DNA of 40,581 nt. Source: Endomicrobiia bacterium (lineage in GTDB: Bacteria > Elusimicrobiota > Endomicrobiia > Endomicrobiales > Endomicrobiaceae). Position numbers and translations under genes: made by a program. The notes below the pieces were generated by a model that ran no database searches, was not told where the DNA came from, and saw only the letters and a list, made by a program, of their open reading frames with translations. Shown here in pieces: positions 8,933 to 18,090 of this stretch; position 1 is the stretch's first letter; each line of letters begins with the position of its first letter. The stretch is from NCBI GenBank assembly GCA_009776745.1, contig WRNH01000009.1, positions 1-40,581 on the forward strand, written 5' to 3'.

Positions 8933-10381
8933 CTATTCTCTATTATCTATTATCTGCCGTTTAGTATCTTTATCTTCGCTATGATTTTTTCCCGTTATTT
9001 TTTCCAAAACAGCTTTACCGGTAGCGGTATTTTTAAAAGCTTCCAGCATTCCGCCTACCGCAGTCCCGCCTTTGGAAGAAAACAAATCCATCGCCGATCT
9101 AACGCCTGTATTCACGTCGCCGGCATTCGCGATAACTTTAATATCCGCCCTTCCCAAATTCTGCGCCTGCTCCACGCCGATTTTTTCCTGCGCTTCGACG
9201 GCTCTTATGTTGATAAGGTATTCCTGATATCCTTTATTTTCGCCGATTTTTGCCGCCAAAGTTATCTGGGCTTCTACCGAAGCAAGCTGCATTTTCTTTT
9301 CCGCGTCCGCTCTTGCCGCGCCTTCAAGCTGTATACCTTCGGATTCTTTTGTTTTAGAATAAAGTTTACCTTCCGCCTCAAGTTCAAGCTGTTTTTTAAC
9401 GCCCGCCGCATTGATCGCCAAAGATTCCCTGTGCGCCTCGGATGAAATAATAGTGACGCTCTTATCTTCTTCCGCCTTAACGATATTTGCTTCTTTCTTG
9501 ATCTCGGCAAGTTTGACCTGATTGACTTTTTCAACGGCCATCATCTTTTCGGCAGTAGTCTTAGCCTGTTCCTGAACTTCCTGTTTTGCTTTTTCGTCGG
9601 CAATACCTACTTCTCTCACGACCTGCGCTTTTCTCTGCCCGACTTCCTGAGTGGCCTGCTCTTGTTTGAGCGCGACTTCTTTATTCGCCTCGATTTCGGC
9701 TTCCTGGGCTTTTCTCATATTTTCGGCGACTTCGGTCCTGGATTCCATCTCAATTTTAGATTTTTTCTTATTCATAATATCCGAAATAACTTTTCCGTCT
9801 CTGGTATCGCGGATATCCATCAGTTCGATATTTTTTACCGGAGTTACGCCCCAGGCTTTGAGCTGTTCCTGAACTTCACCCGTAAAAAGAGCGCCGTAAG
9901 TGCTTCTTTCCGACATTATATTTTCAAGATTCGATTTCGCAAGCAAACTTCTTACAACGCCTCTGGTAATGTCGGTAAGCTGTATGAGAAGCTCCGGAAA
10001 CGTTGAAATCCTGTTTGCTGCGATATTTGAATCTTCAATTCTGTAAAAAGCTTTAACGTCCACGACAAAAGGAAGCCTTTCCATATCGTACGCTTCATAG
10101 TTGTTCAAATCTATGTCAAAAACCGAAGTAGGAAGGCTTATTGTCGTAACGCCTATAAAAGGGATCCATGACGGAAATCTGTAAAATGTGTTGCCGTTTC
10201 CGGAATTTTTTCCGTATGAGATCGTATAAGAACGCCTCTGCACGATATCAACCATATTAGTAGGCACGACTCTTCTTAAACTCAGTATCCACTTTATAAT
10301 TACAATTAAGAATATAAAAGCGAATATACCGCCTACTACCAAAACAAACATCACCATATCGGACATTTCTACGCCTTGCAT
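8933..10381 (-). CDS. SPFH/band-7 (flotillin-like, YqiK-type) membrane protein with a long E/A/K-rich coiled coil
   Basis: N-terminal TM helix, an SPFH domain and about 200 aa of EA-repeat coiled coil. ATG at 10379-10381 verified, with a GGGGG SD. Confidence 0.72.
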   Translation of the reverse strand: MQGVEMSDMVMFVLVVGGIFAFIFLIVIIKWILSLRRVVPTNMVDIVQRRSYTISYGKNSGNGNTFYRFPSWIPFIGVTTISLPTSVFDIDLNNYEAYDMERLPFVVDVKAFYRIEDSNIAANRISTFPELLIQLTDITRGVVRSLLAKSNLENIMSERSTYGALFTGEVQEQLKAWGVTPVKNIELMDIRDTRDGKVISDIMNKKKSKIEMESRTEVAENMRKAQEAEIEANKEVALKQEQATQEVGQRKAQVVREVGIADEKAKQEVQEQAKTTAEKMMAVEKVNQVKLAEIKKEANIVKAEEDKSVTIISSEAHRESLAINAAGVKKQLELEAEGKLYSKTKESEGIQLEGAARADAEKKMQLASVEAQITLAAKIGENKGYQEYLINIRAVEAQEKIGVEQAQNLGRADIKVIANAGDVNTGVRSAMDLFSSKGGTAVGGMLEAFKNTATGKAVLEKITGKNHSEDKDTKRQIIDNRE

Positions 10382-10432
10382 TTTGCCCCCTTTTTTTAAT
10401 TACAAAATGAAGATTTGAGAGTGAAGATACGG

Positions 10433-10454
10433 ATTGCGGCTCAGAGGCCGCAAT
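10433..10454. other. Perfect 8-bp stem hairpin ATTGCGGC-tcagag-GCCGCAAT between hisF and the flotillin gene
   Basis: Direct reading. No U-tract follows it, so it is not a canonical intrinsic terminator. Confidence 0.4.
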
Positions 10455-10487
10455 GACGACTTCGCGAAAACGCTCTATCTCTGCTTT

Positions 10488-11252
10488 TCACTTTGCTTTT
10501 ATTTTTAACTTTAAATGTTCTTTTACGTCTTTTATCGTCAATTCGCGGTAATGAAACAATGAGGCCGCCAAAACAGCCGAAGCTCCGTATGCGCAGGCAT
10601 CGGAAAAATGTTCTATTTTCCCCGCGCCGCCGGAAGCTATTACGGGCACATTTACGGCGTCCGATACTGCCTTAATAAGTTCCAAATCATATCCGTCTTT
10701 TGTGCCGTCTTTATCCATGCTTGTAAGAAGAATTTCTCCTGCCCCAAGCTCCGCCGCTTTTTTTGACCATTCTGCAGCATCAAGCCCCGTATCGACTCTT
10801 CCGCCGTTAACATAAACATTCCATTTATTACCGCCGGTCTTTTTCGCGTCAACGGCTATAACTATGCGCTTAGCGCCGAATTTAGCGCTTGCTTCCCTGA
10901 TAATATCCGGATTTTTTACGGCCGACGTATTAAGCGAAACTTTATCGGCTCCGGCACTAAGGAGATTTTTTATATCTTCTATTGTTCTTATTCCGCCGCC
11001 GACTGTAAGAGGTATGGAAATTTTTTCAGCCGTTCTTTTGACCAAATCCACGGTAGTGTTTCTTTCCTCATAAGTGGCCGTAATATCCAAAAATACAAGC
11101 TCATCGGCGCCTTCCGCATTATATCTCTCGGCGATTTCAACCGGATCGCCGGCGTCTTTGAGATCAACAAAATTCGTGCCTTTAACAACGCGCCCTTTAT
11201 TTACGTCGAGACAAGGTATAACTTTTATTCCGTTCATTTTATTTTTCCTCAT
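10488..11252 (-). CDS. hisF: Imidazole glycerol phosphate synthase cyclase subunit
   Basis: IPCLDV..GRVVKG..F....DAGDPVE N-terminus and (beta/alpha)8 HisF signatures. ATG at 11252 lies 4 nt after the hisA stop. An alternative ATG at 11237 (MNGIKVI) has an AGGAAA SD. Confidence 0.9.
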   Translation of the reverse strand: MRKNKMNGIKVIPCLDVNKGRVVKGTNFVDLKDAGDPVEIAERYNAEGADELVFLDITATYEERNTTVDLVKRTAEKISIPLTVGGGIRTIEDIKNLLSAGADKVSLNTSAVKNPDIIREASAKFGAKRIVIAVDAKKTGGNKWNVYVNGGRVDTGLDAAEWSKKAAELGAGEILLTSMDKDGTKDGYDLELIKAVSDAVNVPVIASGGAGKIEHFSDACAYGASAVLAASLFHYRELTIKDVKEHLKLKIKAK

Positions 11253-11255
11253 TAT

Positions 11256-11984
11256 CTAAAAAGATTCCATGGTTTTTATGGCATCTTCAAGTTTAAAATC
11301 GTCCGTGTATAACGCGCTTCCCACTATTGCCGCAAAAACGCCGTCTTTCTCGTATTCTTTAAGTTTTATAAGATTGTCTATACTTTTTATGCCTCCGGAA
11401 GCAATTATGCGCATGCCGCTGCCGGAAAGTTTTTTTAGCCCGTTAAAATCAGGTCCGGTAAGCATTCCGTCTCTTGAAATATCGGTGTAAAGAATTTCTT
11501 CAACTCCGTATTCTTTAAGTTTTTTGACAAGCTCAAAAACATCAATATGAGTTATCTCTTTCCAGCCGCCTATCGCGACTTTGCCGTCTTTAGCGTCTAC
11601 TGCGGCTATTATTTTTTTTGGACCGTATTTTTCTACCGCTTTTCTCACTATTTCCGGATTATAAACCGCCACTGTGCCTAAAATCACGTAAGAAGCGCCC
11701 CATTTGAAAACTTCGTCTACTCTTTTCATATCCCTTATTCCGCCGCCGACTTCAATAGGAACTTCGACGGAACCGCATATTTCTTTTATTATTGCGGCAT
11801 TCATGCTTATGCCGTTAAAAGCGCCGTCCAAGTCGACAATGTGTATTCTTTGCGCGCCTTTTGCTTTCCAGAGTTTTGCCATAAAAACAGGATCCGTAGA
11901 ATGTATCGTTTCAGCGTCAATTTTTCCCTGTTTAAGCCTTACGGAATTCCCTTGCCTGATATCAACCGCGGGGATTACAATCAT
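11256..11984 (-). CDS. hisA: ProFAR isomerase (1-(5-phosphoribosyl)-5-[(5-phosphoribosylamino)methylideneamino]imidazole-4-carboxamide isomerase)
   Basis: [15 protein letters not shown] and HIVDLDGA motifs. ATG verified. Confidence 0.9.
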   Translation of the reverse strand: MIVIPAVDIRQGNSVRLKQGKIDAETIHSTDPVFMAKLWKAKGAQRIHIVDLDGAFNGISMNAAIIKEICGSVEVPIEVGGGIRDMKRVDEVFKWGASYVILGTVAVYNPEIVRKAVEKYGPKKIIAAVDAKDGKVAIGGWKEITHIDVFELVKKLKEYGVEEILYTDISRDGMLTGPDFNGLKKLSGSGMRIIASGGIKSIDNLIKLKEYEKDGVFAAIVGSALYTDDFKLEDAIKTMESF

Positions 11985-12055
11985 TTTTTTACCTCGTCTT
12001 TACCTAATATAAACGGCAAAAAACACATTTTTTATTTTTTATATTTTAATTGCCG

Positions 12056-12640
12056 TTAAAGAACGCCCTTCGTAGAAGGAACGCATTTGTTTTTAGAGTA
12101 GGCTGTTGCCTGCCCCAAAGCTCTGCCGAATCCTTTAAAAATTGACTCGGCTATATGATGGTTATTTCTGCCTTTTATCATTCTGATATGTAAAGTTATA
12201 CCTGCGCTGCAAGCCAAAGCATAAAAGAATTCCTGAATCAAATCATAATTAAAACCGGTTTTCTGGAATTTTATTTCAGCTTCGTAACTGAGAAAAAACC
12301 TTCCGGACAAATCCAAAGCCACATAAGCCAAAGCTTCGTCCATCGGCAAAAGAAAATGCCCGTAACGAACTATGCCTTTTTTATCCCCGAGAGCTTCTTT
12401 AAGCGCTTTTCCTATCACGATCCCTGCATCCTCTGCAAGATGATGATCGTCGATATGAGTGTCGCCGGAAGCTTTAATTTTCAAAGAAATGCCCGAATGC
12501 ATGGCAAACAGCTCCAGCATATGATCCAAAAAACCTATTGTCGTAGAAATTTTAGGTTTCTCAGCCTTATCCAAATTTATTTCGACCGATATATCAGTCT
12601 CATTTGTTTTTCTTGTTATTTTTGATTTTCTTTGTTTCAT
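12056..12640 (-). CDS. hisB: Imidazoleglycerol-phosphate dehydratase
   Basis: R.T.ETDI.V.I.LD and IDDHHLAED motifs. ATG at 12638-12640 with a GGAGAT SD. Confidence 0.9.
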   Translation of the reverse strand: MKQRKSKITRKTNETDISVEINLDKAEKPKISTTIGFLDHMLELFAMHSGISLKIKASGDTHIDDHHLAEDAGIVIGKALKEALGDKKGIVRYGHFLLPMDEALAYVALDLSGRFFLSYEAEIKFQKTGFNYDLIQEFFYALACSAGITLHIRMIKGRNNHHIAESIFKGFGRALGQATAYSKNKCVPSTKGVL

Positions 12641-12650
12641 ATCTCCGGCC

Positions 12651-12857
12651 TCAGTTTAAATGTTTATTTTTCATTGCCGTACTCAAGCCAAACTCTTTTA
12701 TTTCCAAAAATCTGAGAGCGTTTTCAAGTTTATCCATAAGTTTAAGTTCGTCGATCGTATATTCTCCGGACTTTTTCCCGTCGCTCAATTCATAAGCCGA
12801 TTCGTTTATTAAAAATAGTATATATTCCATTTCTTTTTGCGTCAGATCTACTTTCAT
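12651..12857 (-). CDS. Small hypothetical protein (68 aa) embedded between hisD and hisB
   Basis: ATG at 12855-12857 preceded by a good SD (GGGAG). Co-directional and tightly spaced within the his operon. No recognisable family. Confidence 0.45.
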   Translation of the reverse strand: MKVDLTQKEMEYILFLINESAYELSDGKKSGEYTIDELKLMDKLENALRFLEIKEFGLSTAMKNKHLN

Positions 12858-12876
12858 TGTTTACTCCCAATATTAA

Positions 12877-12947
12877 CGACAATTACAAATTACGAATTAC
12901 GAATTACAAATCAACGGCAAAGGCAAAAACGGCAATTACGGATATAC
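12877..12947. repeat. Tandem AATTAC(R)AATTACG repeats (cgacaattacaaattacgaattacgaattacaaatcaacggcaa ... aacggcaattacgg)
   Basis: Direct reading. Related to the reverse complement of 1438-1483. It sits upstream of the small ORF and hisB on the minus-strand transcript. Confidence 0.6.
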
Positions 12948-12975
12948 TGCAAAGGCAATATTTTTGTTTTGTCTT

Positions 12976-14196
12976 TTATTTATAATTTGCCTTTACTCTC
13001 GTTTCCGCTGACTTTTTATGGAACTCCAAGCCTTCGGCTCCGGCAAAATCTGCTATTTCTTTATAAGCTTGCTTATTGTTTTTTTTCATCTCGACATAAC
13101 TTGTTCTTTTCAAAAACGACATCACCGACAATCCGCTTGAAAATCTTGCGGAACCCGCAGTCGGCAGCACGTGCGACGGGCCTGCCCAATAATCTCCCGA
13201 TGCCGTAGGCGTTTGGTATCCGGCAAATACCGCGCCGGCATTTTTAACTTTTTTAATAAGCGCCGCCGGATTTTTAACAAGGAGCTCCAAATGTTCCGGA
13301 GCAATATCGTTAGCTTTATCCATAGCTTTTGCCAAAGCGCAAACTTCAATTTTAAGCTGCTTAAAAGCTTCTTTAGGCAAAGCTTTTTTTATTTTTTCGG
13401 TTTTTTCTTTACTTTCACAGAACAAATAAGCCTTTGCCATAGGATCATGCTCGATCTGAGCCATTATATCGTTTACAGCATAATCGACCGGAACATTTTT
13501 ATCGGCAATTATCGCGACTTCGCTCGGACCTGCAAGCGAATCTATGCCGACCTGCCCGAAAACCTGTCTTTTTGCCTCATTCACATAAGCATTTCCCGGA
13601 CCGACGATCATATCCACTTTTTTAAGTTTTTCAGTACCGTATGCCATTGCCGCTATAGCCGCGGCCCCGCCTATGCGGTATATTTCTTTAACTCCGCAAA
13701 GTTTTGCGGCAAAAAGAACTTCGCTGCTCATTTTTTTCGGCGGCGTGGCTATAATTATTCTCTTTACTCCGGCAGCCGCTGCAGGCAAAACCGACATCAA
13801 TACGCTGGAAGGATAAGAAAAACGTCCGCCCGGCACATAAACGCCTACGGATCCGACGGGATTATAAAACTGTCCCGCGACCGATCCTTTTTTACTTATC
13901 TTCCAACTTTTCTTAATTCTAAGATTTTCCTGCTTATGAAAAGCCAAAACATTGGCATAAGAAGCTTTTATCGCTTTTTTCAAATCCGGCGAAACGCTTT
14001 TTACAGCCGCGCCTATTGCCTTTTGAGAAACCCTATACCCTTCCTTTGACAAATCAATGCCGTCAAACTTTTTAAGGCATTTAAAAACCGCCTTATCCCC
14101 GTTTTCCTTTATATCCTGAATTATATTTGAAACTGACGTTGTAGTGTCTTTACCGTTCATCGCATAATTATACAAAAAATGGAGGCTTTTTAACAA
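12976..14196 (-). CDS. hisD: Histidinol dehydrogenase
   Basis: HisD length and motifs (GDKAV...KFDG N-terminus, GPGNAYV, the IEHD... region, and H..E.L... near the C-terminus). The ORF-track start at 14196 is TTG. An alternative ATG lies at 14158-14160. Neither has a clear SD. Confidence 0.88.
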   Translation of the reverse strand: MLKSLHFLYNYAMNGKDTTTSVSNIIQDIKENGDKAVFKCLKKFDGIDLSKEGYRVSQKAIGAAVKSVSPDLKKAIKASYANVLAFHKQENLRIKKSWKISKKGSVAGQFYNPVGSVGVYVPGGRFSYPSSVLMSVLPAAAAGVKRIIIATPPKKMSSEVLFAAKLCGVKEIYRIGGAAAIAAMAYGTEKLKKVDMIVGPGNAYVNEAKRQVFGQVGIDSLAGPSEVAIIADKNVPVDYAVNDIMAQIEHDPMAKAYLFCESKEKTEKIKKALPKEAFKQLKIEVCALAKAMDKANDIAPEHLELLVKNPAALIKKVKNAGAVFAGYQTPTASGDYWAGPSHVLPTAGSARFSSGLSVMSFLKRTSYVEMKKNNKQAYKEIADFAGAEGLEFHKKSAETRVKANYK

Positions 14197-14260
14197 TGAT
14201 ATGGATATGGCGGAAAAAATTTATTTGATTGTGGTCAATTGCCCCGTCCCCTTGACCACC

Positions 14261-17200
14261 TTATCTCTCAATTACAAGTTTGCCTTTTTTGGTTTTGCCG
14301 CCGGATTTTATGTGATAAATGTAAACTCCGGAAGCAGCTCTGTAGCCGGCATTGTTTTCTGCATACCATGTAAACGTTTCGTCCGTTATTTTTTTATCGA
14401 AAACAAGTTCTCCGGCTATATTGTAAATTTTTATTTCCGCGCCCTGTTTAAGTCCCGTAAATGTTATGCCCGTATTGCCGTGTCTTGAAGGTTTGTAAGG
14501 ATTCGGATATGCCACAAATCTTCCGGCAGCTATCTGCGCGTAAAAATCGGCGTTAAGCGCGGAAGCGACGACGGAATTGAAAGCAAGCGAAGGCTGGAAA
14601 AAATCGTATTCTGAAGAAACCGGCGCCGCGACATAACTTCTTGAGTAATACATATCGGCGGTATATCTGCCGTCTCCTGCCGTAATCACTGTTTGAGTGC
14701 TCCCTGAAACCGCGTCATATACGCTGACTTTTATATTGCCCATTCCTTTGGCATTAAACAAAACTCTGCCGCTAAGCATATATTTCTCAAAAGCCGTAAA
14801 ATTCTGAGTTATATCCGAATCCGAAGCCGTTAATAAAAAGTTTGCGGGTTCAAAAGCAAAATTTTCCGACACCGGAGTGATCATATAGCTTACTCCCTGC
14901 ATTACTCCGATTTCATATAAACCGTTAACGGTTTTCGTCGCAGTAGACTTATCCGCAGAGTTGTATATCTGCATTACAGCGGACGCGTTTGAACCGTCTT
15001 TGGCATTGAGCAGCGTCCCGCTGACAACGCTTGAGCCGGTATGGATCAGCAAAACGTAAACGCCCGTTTTTGTGAGAATTGCTTCTATCGTTACGTCAGC
15101 AATGCCGCCGCTTTCCGATTCAACTGTAATGCTTTGTTCGGGATACGCTTTGTCCGGGAGTCCGGTTTCGGAATTATAAAAGGCTGCTTTTATATTGCCG
15201 GCGCCGTAAGGCGAAATGTCCGCTCCGGCAAGATGAATGTAACTTTTCACGCCGTTTAATGTTGACGACGGGTAATTTACCTCAAAAGAAAACGGAAGAA
15301 TTTTATATTGAGTGACGTCGATCGCCGGAGGCGAAGAAGGGACGATCGTAAAGCCGTCGGAATAAACGTCCATAATAAGCGCATAATTGTTTCCGTCGCA
15401 ATACATTGTCCTTAACGAGTCATATTTAAAATTCGTAAAATCCTGCGTAACGGCGGTCGTCATCGGAGGAACTTTCATGCTGCCTACGGGCGCGCCGCCG
15501 GAAACGGTTTTAAAATTGACCGTTTTATACGAATCGGTCGAAGGGTTAAACGCCATATAGCTTTTTTGTCCGCCTTTATTCATGACGCAGAAAGATTCAT
15601 TGTCGGCGCGGACGCCGGTGTCTACCGTGCCGTATTTATTAAAAAAGTTGATAAACTGATAAGAAAAAGTCAGAGAACTGCCCTCCTCGGCGGCAAAACC
15701 TCCGGCTATAAAATCGCTTACGGCGCCGGCGCCGTCAAATAAAGATTTATATCTCAGCCAAATATCTTTCCAAAGATTCGCGTTAGCTCCTAAGTCTGCA
15801 CCGGCAAGCATCTCGCTGTAATAACTTTGGGCATAAGGCGCGTCGTATCCCAGATAAAGCATCGAAGGAGTAAGCGGCAAAATCTGTATGCCTTTTATAG
15901 TTTGCGATATTACAGGCGTAAAATAAATATTATATTCAACCCAATTATCCCAAAGTATGCCTACGCCTTTATGCGCGTACGGCGTTCCTCCGTAAATATC
16001 TCCGGAAGTATCGAAGTAATATTCTTTTACGGCCTCATACTCCGTGGTATATCCGTATGCCCCGAGATCCGTCATCGCCTGATTGTTTGACGCCAAACCC
16101 CACAGATATATTCCCGCCCACGCGTTCATGGCTTCGGAAGAAGACTCTTGGTCTATTCCTCTGTCGTTAGTGCCGCCGGCTCCGTTAGCCCATGAATGCC
16201 CTTCATAAACGTCAAAGTTTCTTAAAAACGGAAAATCCAGATCATTGTGCGCGGGGTTATAAATATTTTTCACTATCATGTCAACCATGCCTTTATACTC
16301 GCCGGCGTCCGCAAAGTTCTTATCAAACAATGCCAGGATCGCCGACGCGTATATAAAGTATCCGTAATGAAAATGATGGTCAGCGTAATTTTCGGAACCG
16401 TAAGACGGATTCCGGCCTATAAGTCCGCCCCAGTTTGAATCATAACCGAAATATTTGCTGCTTTGCCCGTTATACGTATACCAAATCCGCAATATCTTTC
16501 TTAATTGTTCGATCATCCTGTTTCTGGCGGCAATATCGCCGAACTGATGAAAAACAGGAATCAGATTTGCGGCTTTTGCAAAAGCCTTACCTGCCCAGTA
16601 TGTATCACTCTGCGCGCCTTCCGGGTCAAAATTTTTGTCGGTATTGATATAATTCTGCATTATGTTTTTTGAAGTATCGGGAACTTCATAAGTGAGATTA
16701 GGCATAATGCCGTAAAATTTATTTTCCGTAACGAACGAAGAGCCGGCGCCGACTTTCATCGTCCCTCTTATAGTTTTGAAATTATACGTATCCGGCTTTA
16801 ACGGCGCGGAAGTATTTTTCCATTGATGAGGAAAAAGAGCAAAAACTGTCCCGCCCGGAAATCCGGCGCGTTTTGCCGTTGTTGTAAAATTAAAAGTCGT
16901 GGAAACTTTGGAGTTCTGCCTGTCAAAAACATATGAAACTTTTGTATCTGTAATAAAATTATACGCATACTGTCTGTAATCATTGAAAATCGTTACCGCA
17001 TTATTTTTCGTCGCAGTATCGTCAGGTCCCGCGGTTATAAGCGCCAGCGAGATATACCTGTCCGAAGAATCAAAAGAAATATCGATATTCAATCCGCCGA
17101 CTACAAAAGAAGTGTTTTCCGGAGCATAAACCGCGTAATAAACTACTCTTCCGTTAATGTCGGGCGAAGTTTTTACCAGTATGCAATCGCCCTGCGCCGT

Positions 17201-17836
17201 AGTGCCGGAAAGAGCATTTCCGTTTAAGTCGTACGCGTAACTTGGCGTATTATTAAATGAAGATATCGTCGGATCTAAATTCTCCGAAAATTCATTATAC
17301 GTAAAAACAAAACCTTTTCCGATCGTAGTTTTGATCCATTTTGTATTGTCATCGCTGTCAACGCACAGGAAAGTCGCAGACCAGTCGGAATAACCGTCTA
17401 AAAGACTTTCGGAAGTCTGAAGCTGCACGGAAGCGGGACGCTTTATACCCCTTATTCTGGCGATAAATTGCGGATTATAATCATTTACCACCCTATCCGC
17501 CATTGATGCTGACGTCGACGCAGGCAGCGGATAGCCTAATACGTAACCGTTTCCGGCCGCCGCCCCCGTACTATTTGTATTAAGGTTTACTAACCACGGT
17601 GAGGCTGACATCCTGAGGGAATAATTATGATAAGGATTTTTGATATAAATTGAGCCGAACCATCTGTTTGTCGGATATGGAAAACTTACGTTTGAGGTCG
17701 TTCTCGTATTCTGCATCGGAGAATTGTATGAACCTATGCTTCCCTTACCGCCGGGAACAGGGGCCGCAAAAATCTCTGCCGCAAAAAACAATACCGCCGC
17801 AAACGCTGAAAAAATCTTCACCGCTTTCGATGTCAT
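14261..17836 (-). CDS. Secreted glycoside hydrolase family 81 endo-beta-1,3-glucanase with a C-terminal T9SS/Por-type (FlgD-Ig-like) sorting domain
   Basis: Signal peptide MTSKAVKIFSAFAAVLFFAAEIFA. GH81 signature motifs ADHHFHYGYF and the catalytic E-S-S-S-E (IDQESSSEAMNAWAG). C-terminal about 80 aa (AYPNPYKPS ... KIYNIAGELV ... ASGVYIYHIKSGGKTKKGKLVIER) match the T9SS type A C-terminal domain. ATG at 17834-17836 with an AAGGTG SD. The ORF-track start at 17857 is upstream of it. Confidence 0.7.
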   Translation of the reverse strand: MTSKAVKIFSAFAAVLFFAAEIFAAPVPGGKGSIGSYNSPMQNTRTTSNVSFPYPTNRWFGSIYIKNPYHNYSLRMSASPWLVNLNTNSTGAAAGNGYVLGYPLPASTSASMADRVVNDYNPQFIARIRGIKRPASVQLQTSESLLDGYSDWSATFLCVDSDDNTKWIKTTIGKGFVFTYNEFSENLDPTISSFNNTPSYAYDLNGNALSGTTAQGDCILVKTSPDINGRVVYYAVYAPENTSFVVGGLNIDISFDSSDRYISLALITAGPDDTATKNNAVTIFNDYRQYAYNFITDTKVSYVFDRQNSKVSTTFNFTTTAKRAGFPGGTVFALFPHQWKNTSAPLKPDTYNFKTIRGTMKVGAGSSFVTENKFYGIMPNLTYEVPDTSKNIMQNYINTDKNFDPEGAQSDTYWAGKAFAKAANLIPVFHQFGDIAARNRMIEQLRKILRIWYTYNGQSSKYFGYDSNWGGLIGRNPSYGSENYADHHFHYGYFIYASAILALFDKNFADAGEYKGMVDMIVKNIYNPAHNDLDFPFLRNFDVYEGHSWANGAGGTNDRGIDQESSSEAMNAWAGIYLWGLASNNQAMTDLGAYGYTTEYEAVKEYYFDTSGDIYGGTPYAHKGVGILWDNWVEYNIYFTPVISQTIKGIQILPLTPSMLYLGYDAPYAQSYYSEMLAGADLGANANLWKDIWLRYKSLFDGAGAVSDFIAGGFAAEEGSSLTFSYQFINFFNKYGTVDTGVRADNESFCVMNKGGQKSYMAFNPSTDSYKTVNFKTVSGGAPVGSMKVPPMTTAVTQDFTNFKYDSLRTMYCDGNNYALIMDVYSDGFTIVPSSPPAIDVTQYKILPFSFEVNYPSSTLNGVKSYIHLAGADISPYGAGNIKAAFYNSETGLPDKAYPEQSITVESESGGIADVTIEAILTKTGVYVLLIHTGSSVVSGTLLNAKDGSNASAVMQIYNSADKSTATKTVNGLYEIGVMQGVSYMITPVSENFAFEPANFLLTASDSDITQNFTAFEKYMLSGRVLFNAKGMGNIKVSVYDAVSGSTQTVITAGDGRYTADMYYSRSYVAAPVSSEYDFFQPSLAFNSVVASALNADFYAQIAAGRFVAYPNPYKPSRHGNTGITFTGLKQGAEIKIYNIAGELVFDKKITDETFTWYAENNAGYRAASGVYIYHIKSGGKTKKGKLVIER

Positions 17837-17885
17837 CTTTGCACCTTCTTTTTCCAAAAAATTTACTCCGAAATTGTCAATTGCG

Positions 17886-18010
17886 TCTCTCTAAAAACCT
17901 ATCTAAAGCGGTGTCATTCCCGTGAAAACGGGAATCTATTTTTATCGTTATCGTCGGACACATTTAAATACCCGTTTTCACGGGTATGACAAAATTGGGT
18001 TTTTAGAGAA
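17886..18010. mobile_element. MITE-like element (~125 bp) with terminal inverted repeats TCTCTCTAAAAACC / GGTTTTTAGAGAA and internal mirror hairpins (TTCCCGTGAAAACGGGAA ... ACCCGTTTTCACGGGT)
   Basis: The termini are reverse complements (13 of 14). The same termini bound a second element at 25717-25858, and a solo copy lies at 33815-33828. No ORF inside, and the whole element is palindromic. It sits between the lexA stop and the GH81 promoter region. Confidence 0.65.
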
Positions 18011-18090
18011 ACCCAATTGCATGTCTCTGATAACCCTGTTTTGTCAATGACATACGGCTGATTCAGCCGCAGCATATGCGTCGGCAGACT

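Noticed and set aside
9274-9534. 86-aa basic, R/K-rich minus-strand ORF inside the flotillin gene
   Set aside because: It is an alternate frame of the EA-repeat coiled-coil coding region. This is a compositional artefact.
12877-12947. Possible CRISPR array, considered because of the short tandem repeats
   Set aside because: The repeat units are 7-14 nt with no unique spacers of about 30 nt and no cas genes nearby. This is a simple-sequence repeat.
13171-14049. 292-aa plus-strand ORF, and many other plus-strand ORFs of 60-170 aa throughout the window
   Set aside because: They lie antisense to well-supported minus-strand genes (hisD, lptD, flotillin, ftsK, pnp and others). Their translations are low-complexity and skewed towards F, L, S, R and I. 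They are shadow ORFs in AT-rich DNA.
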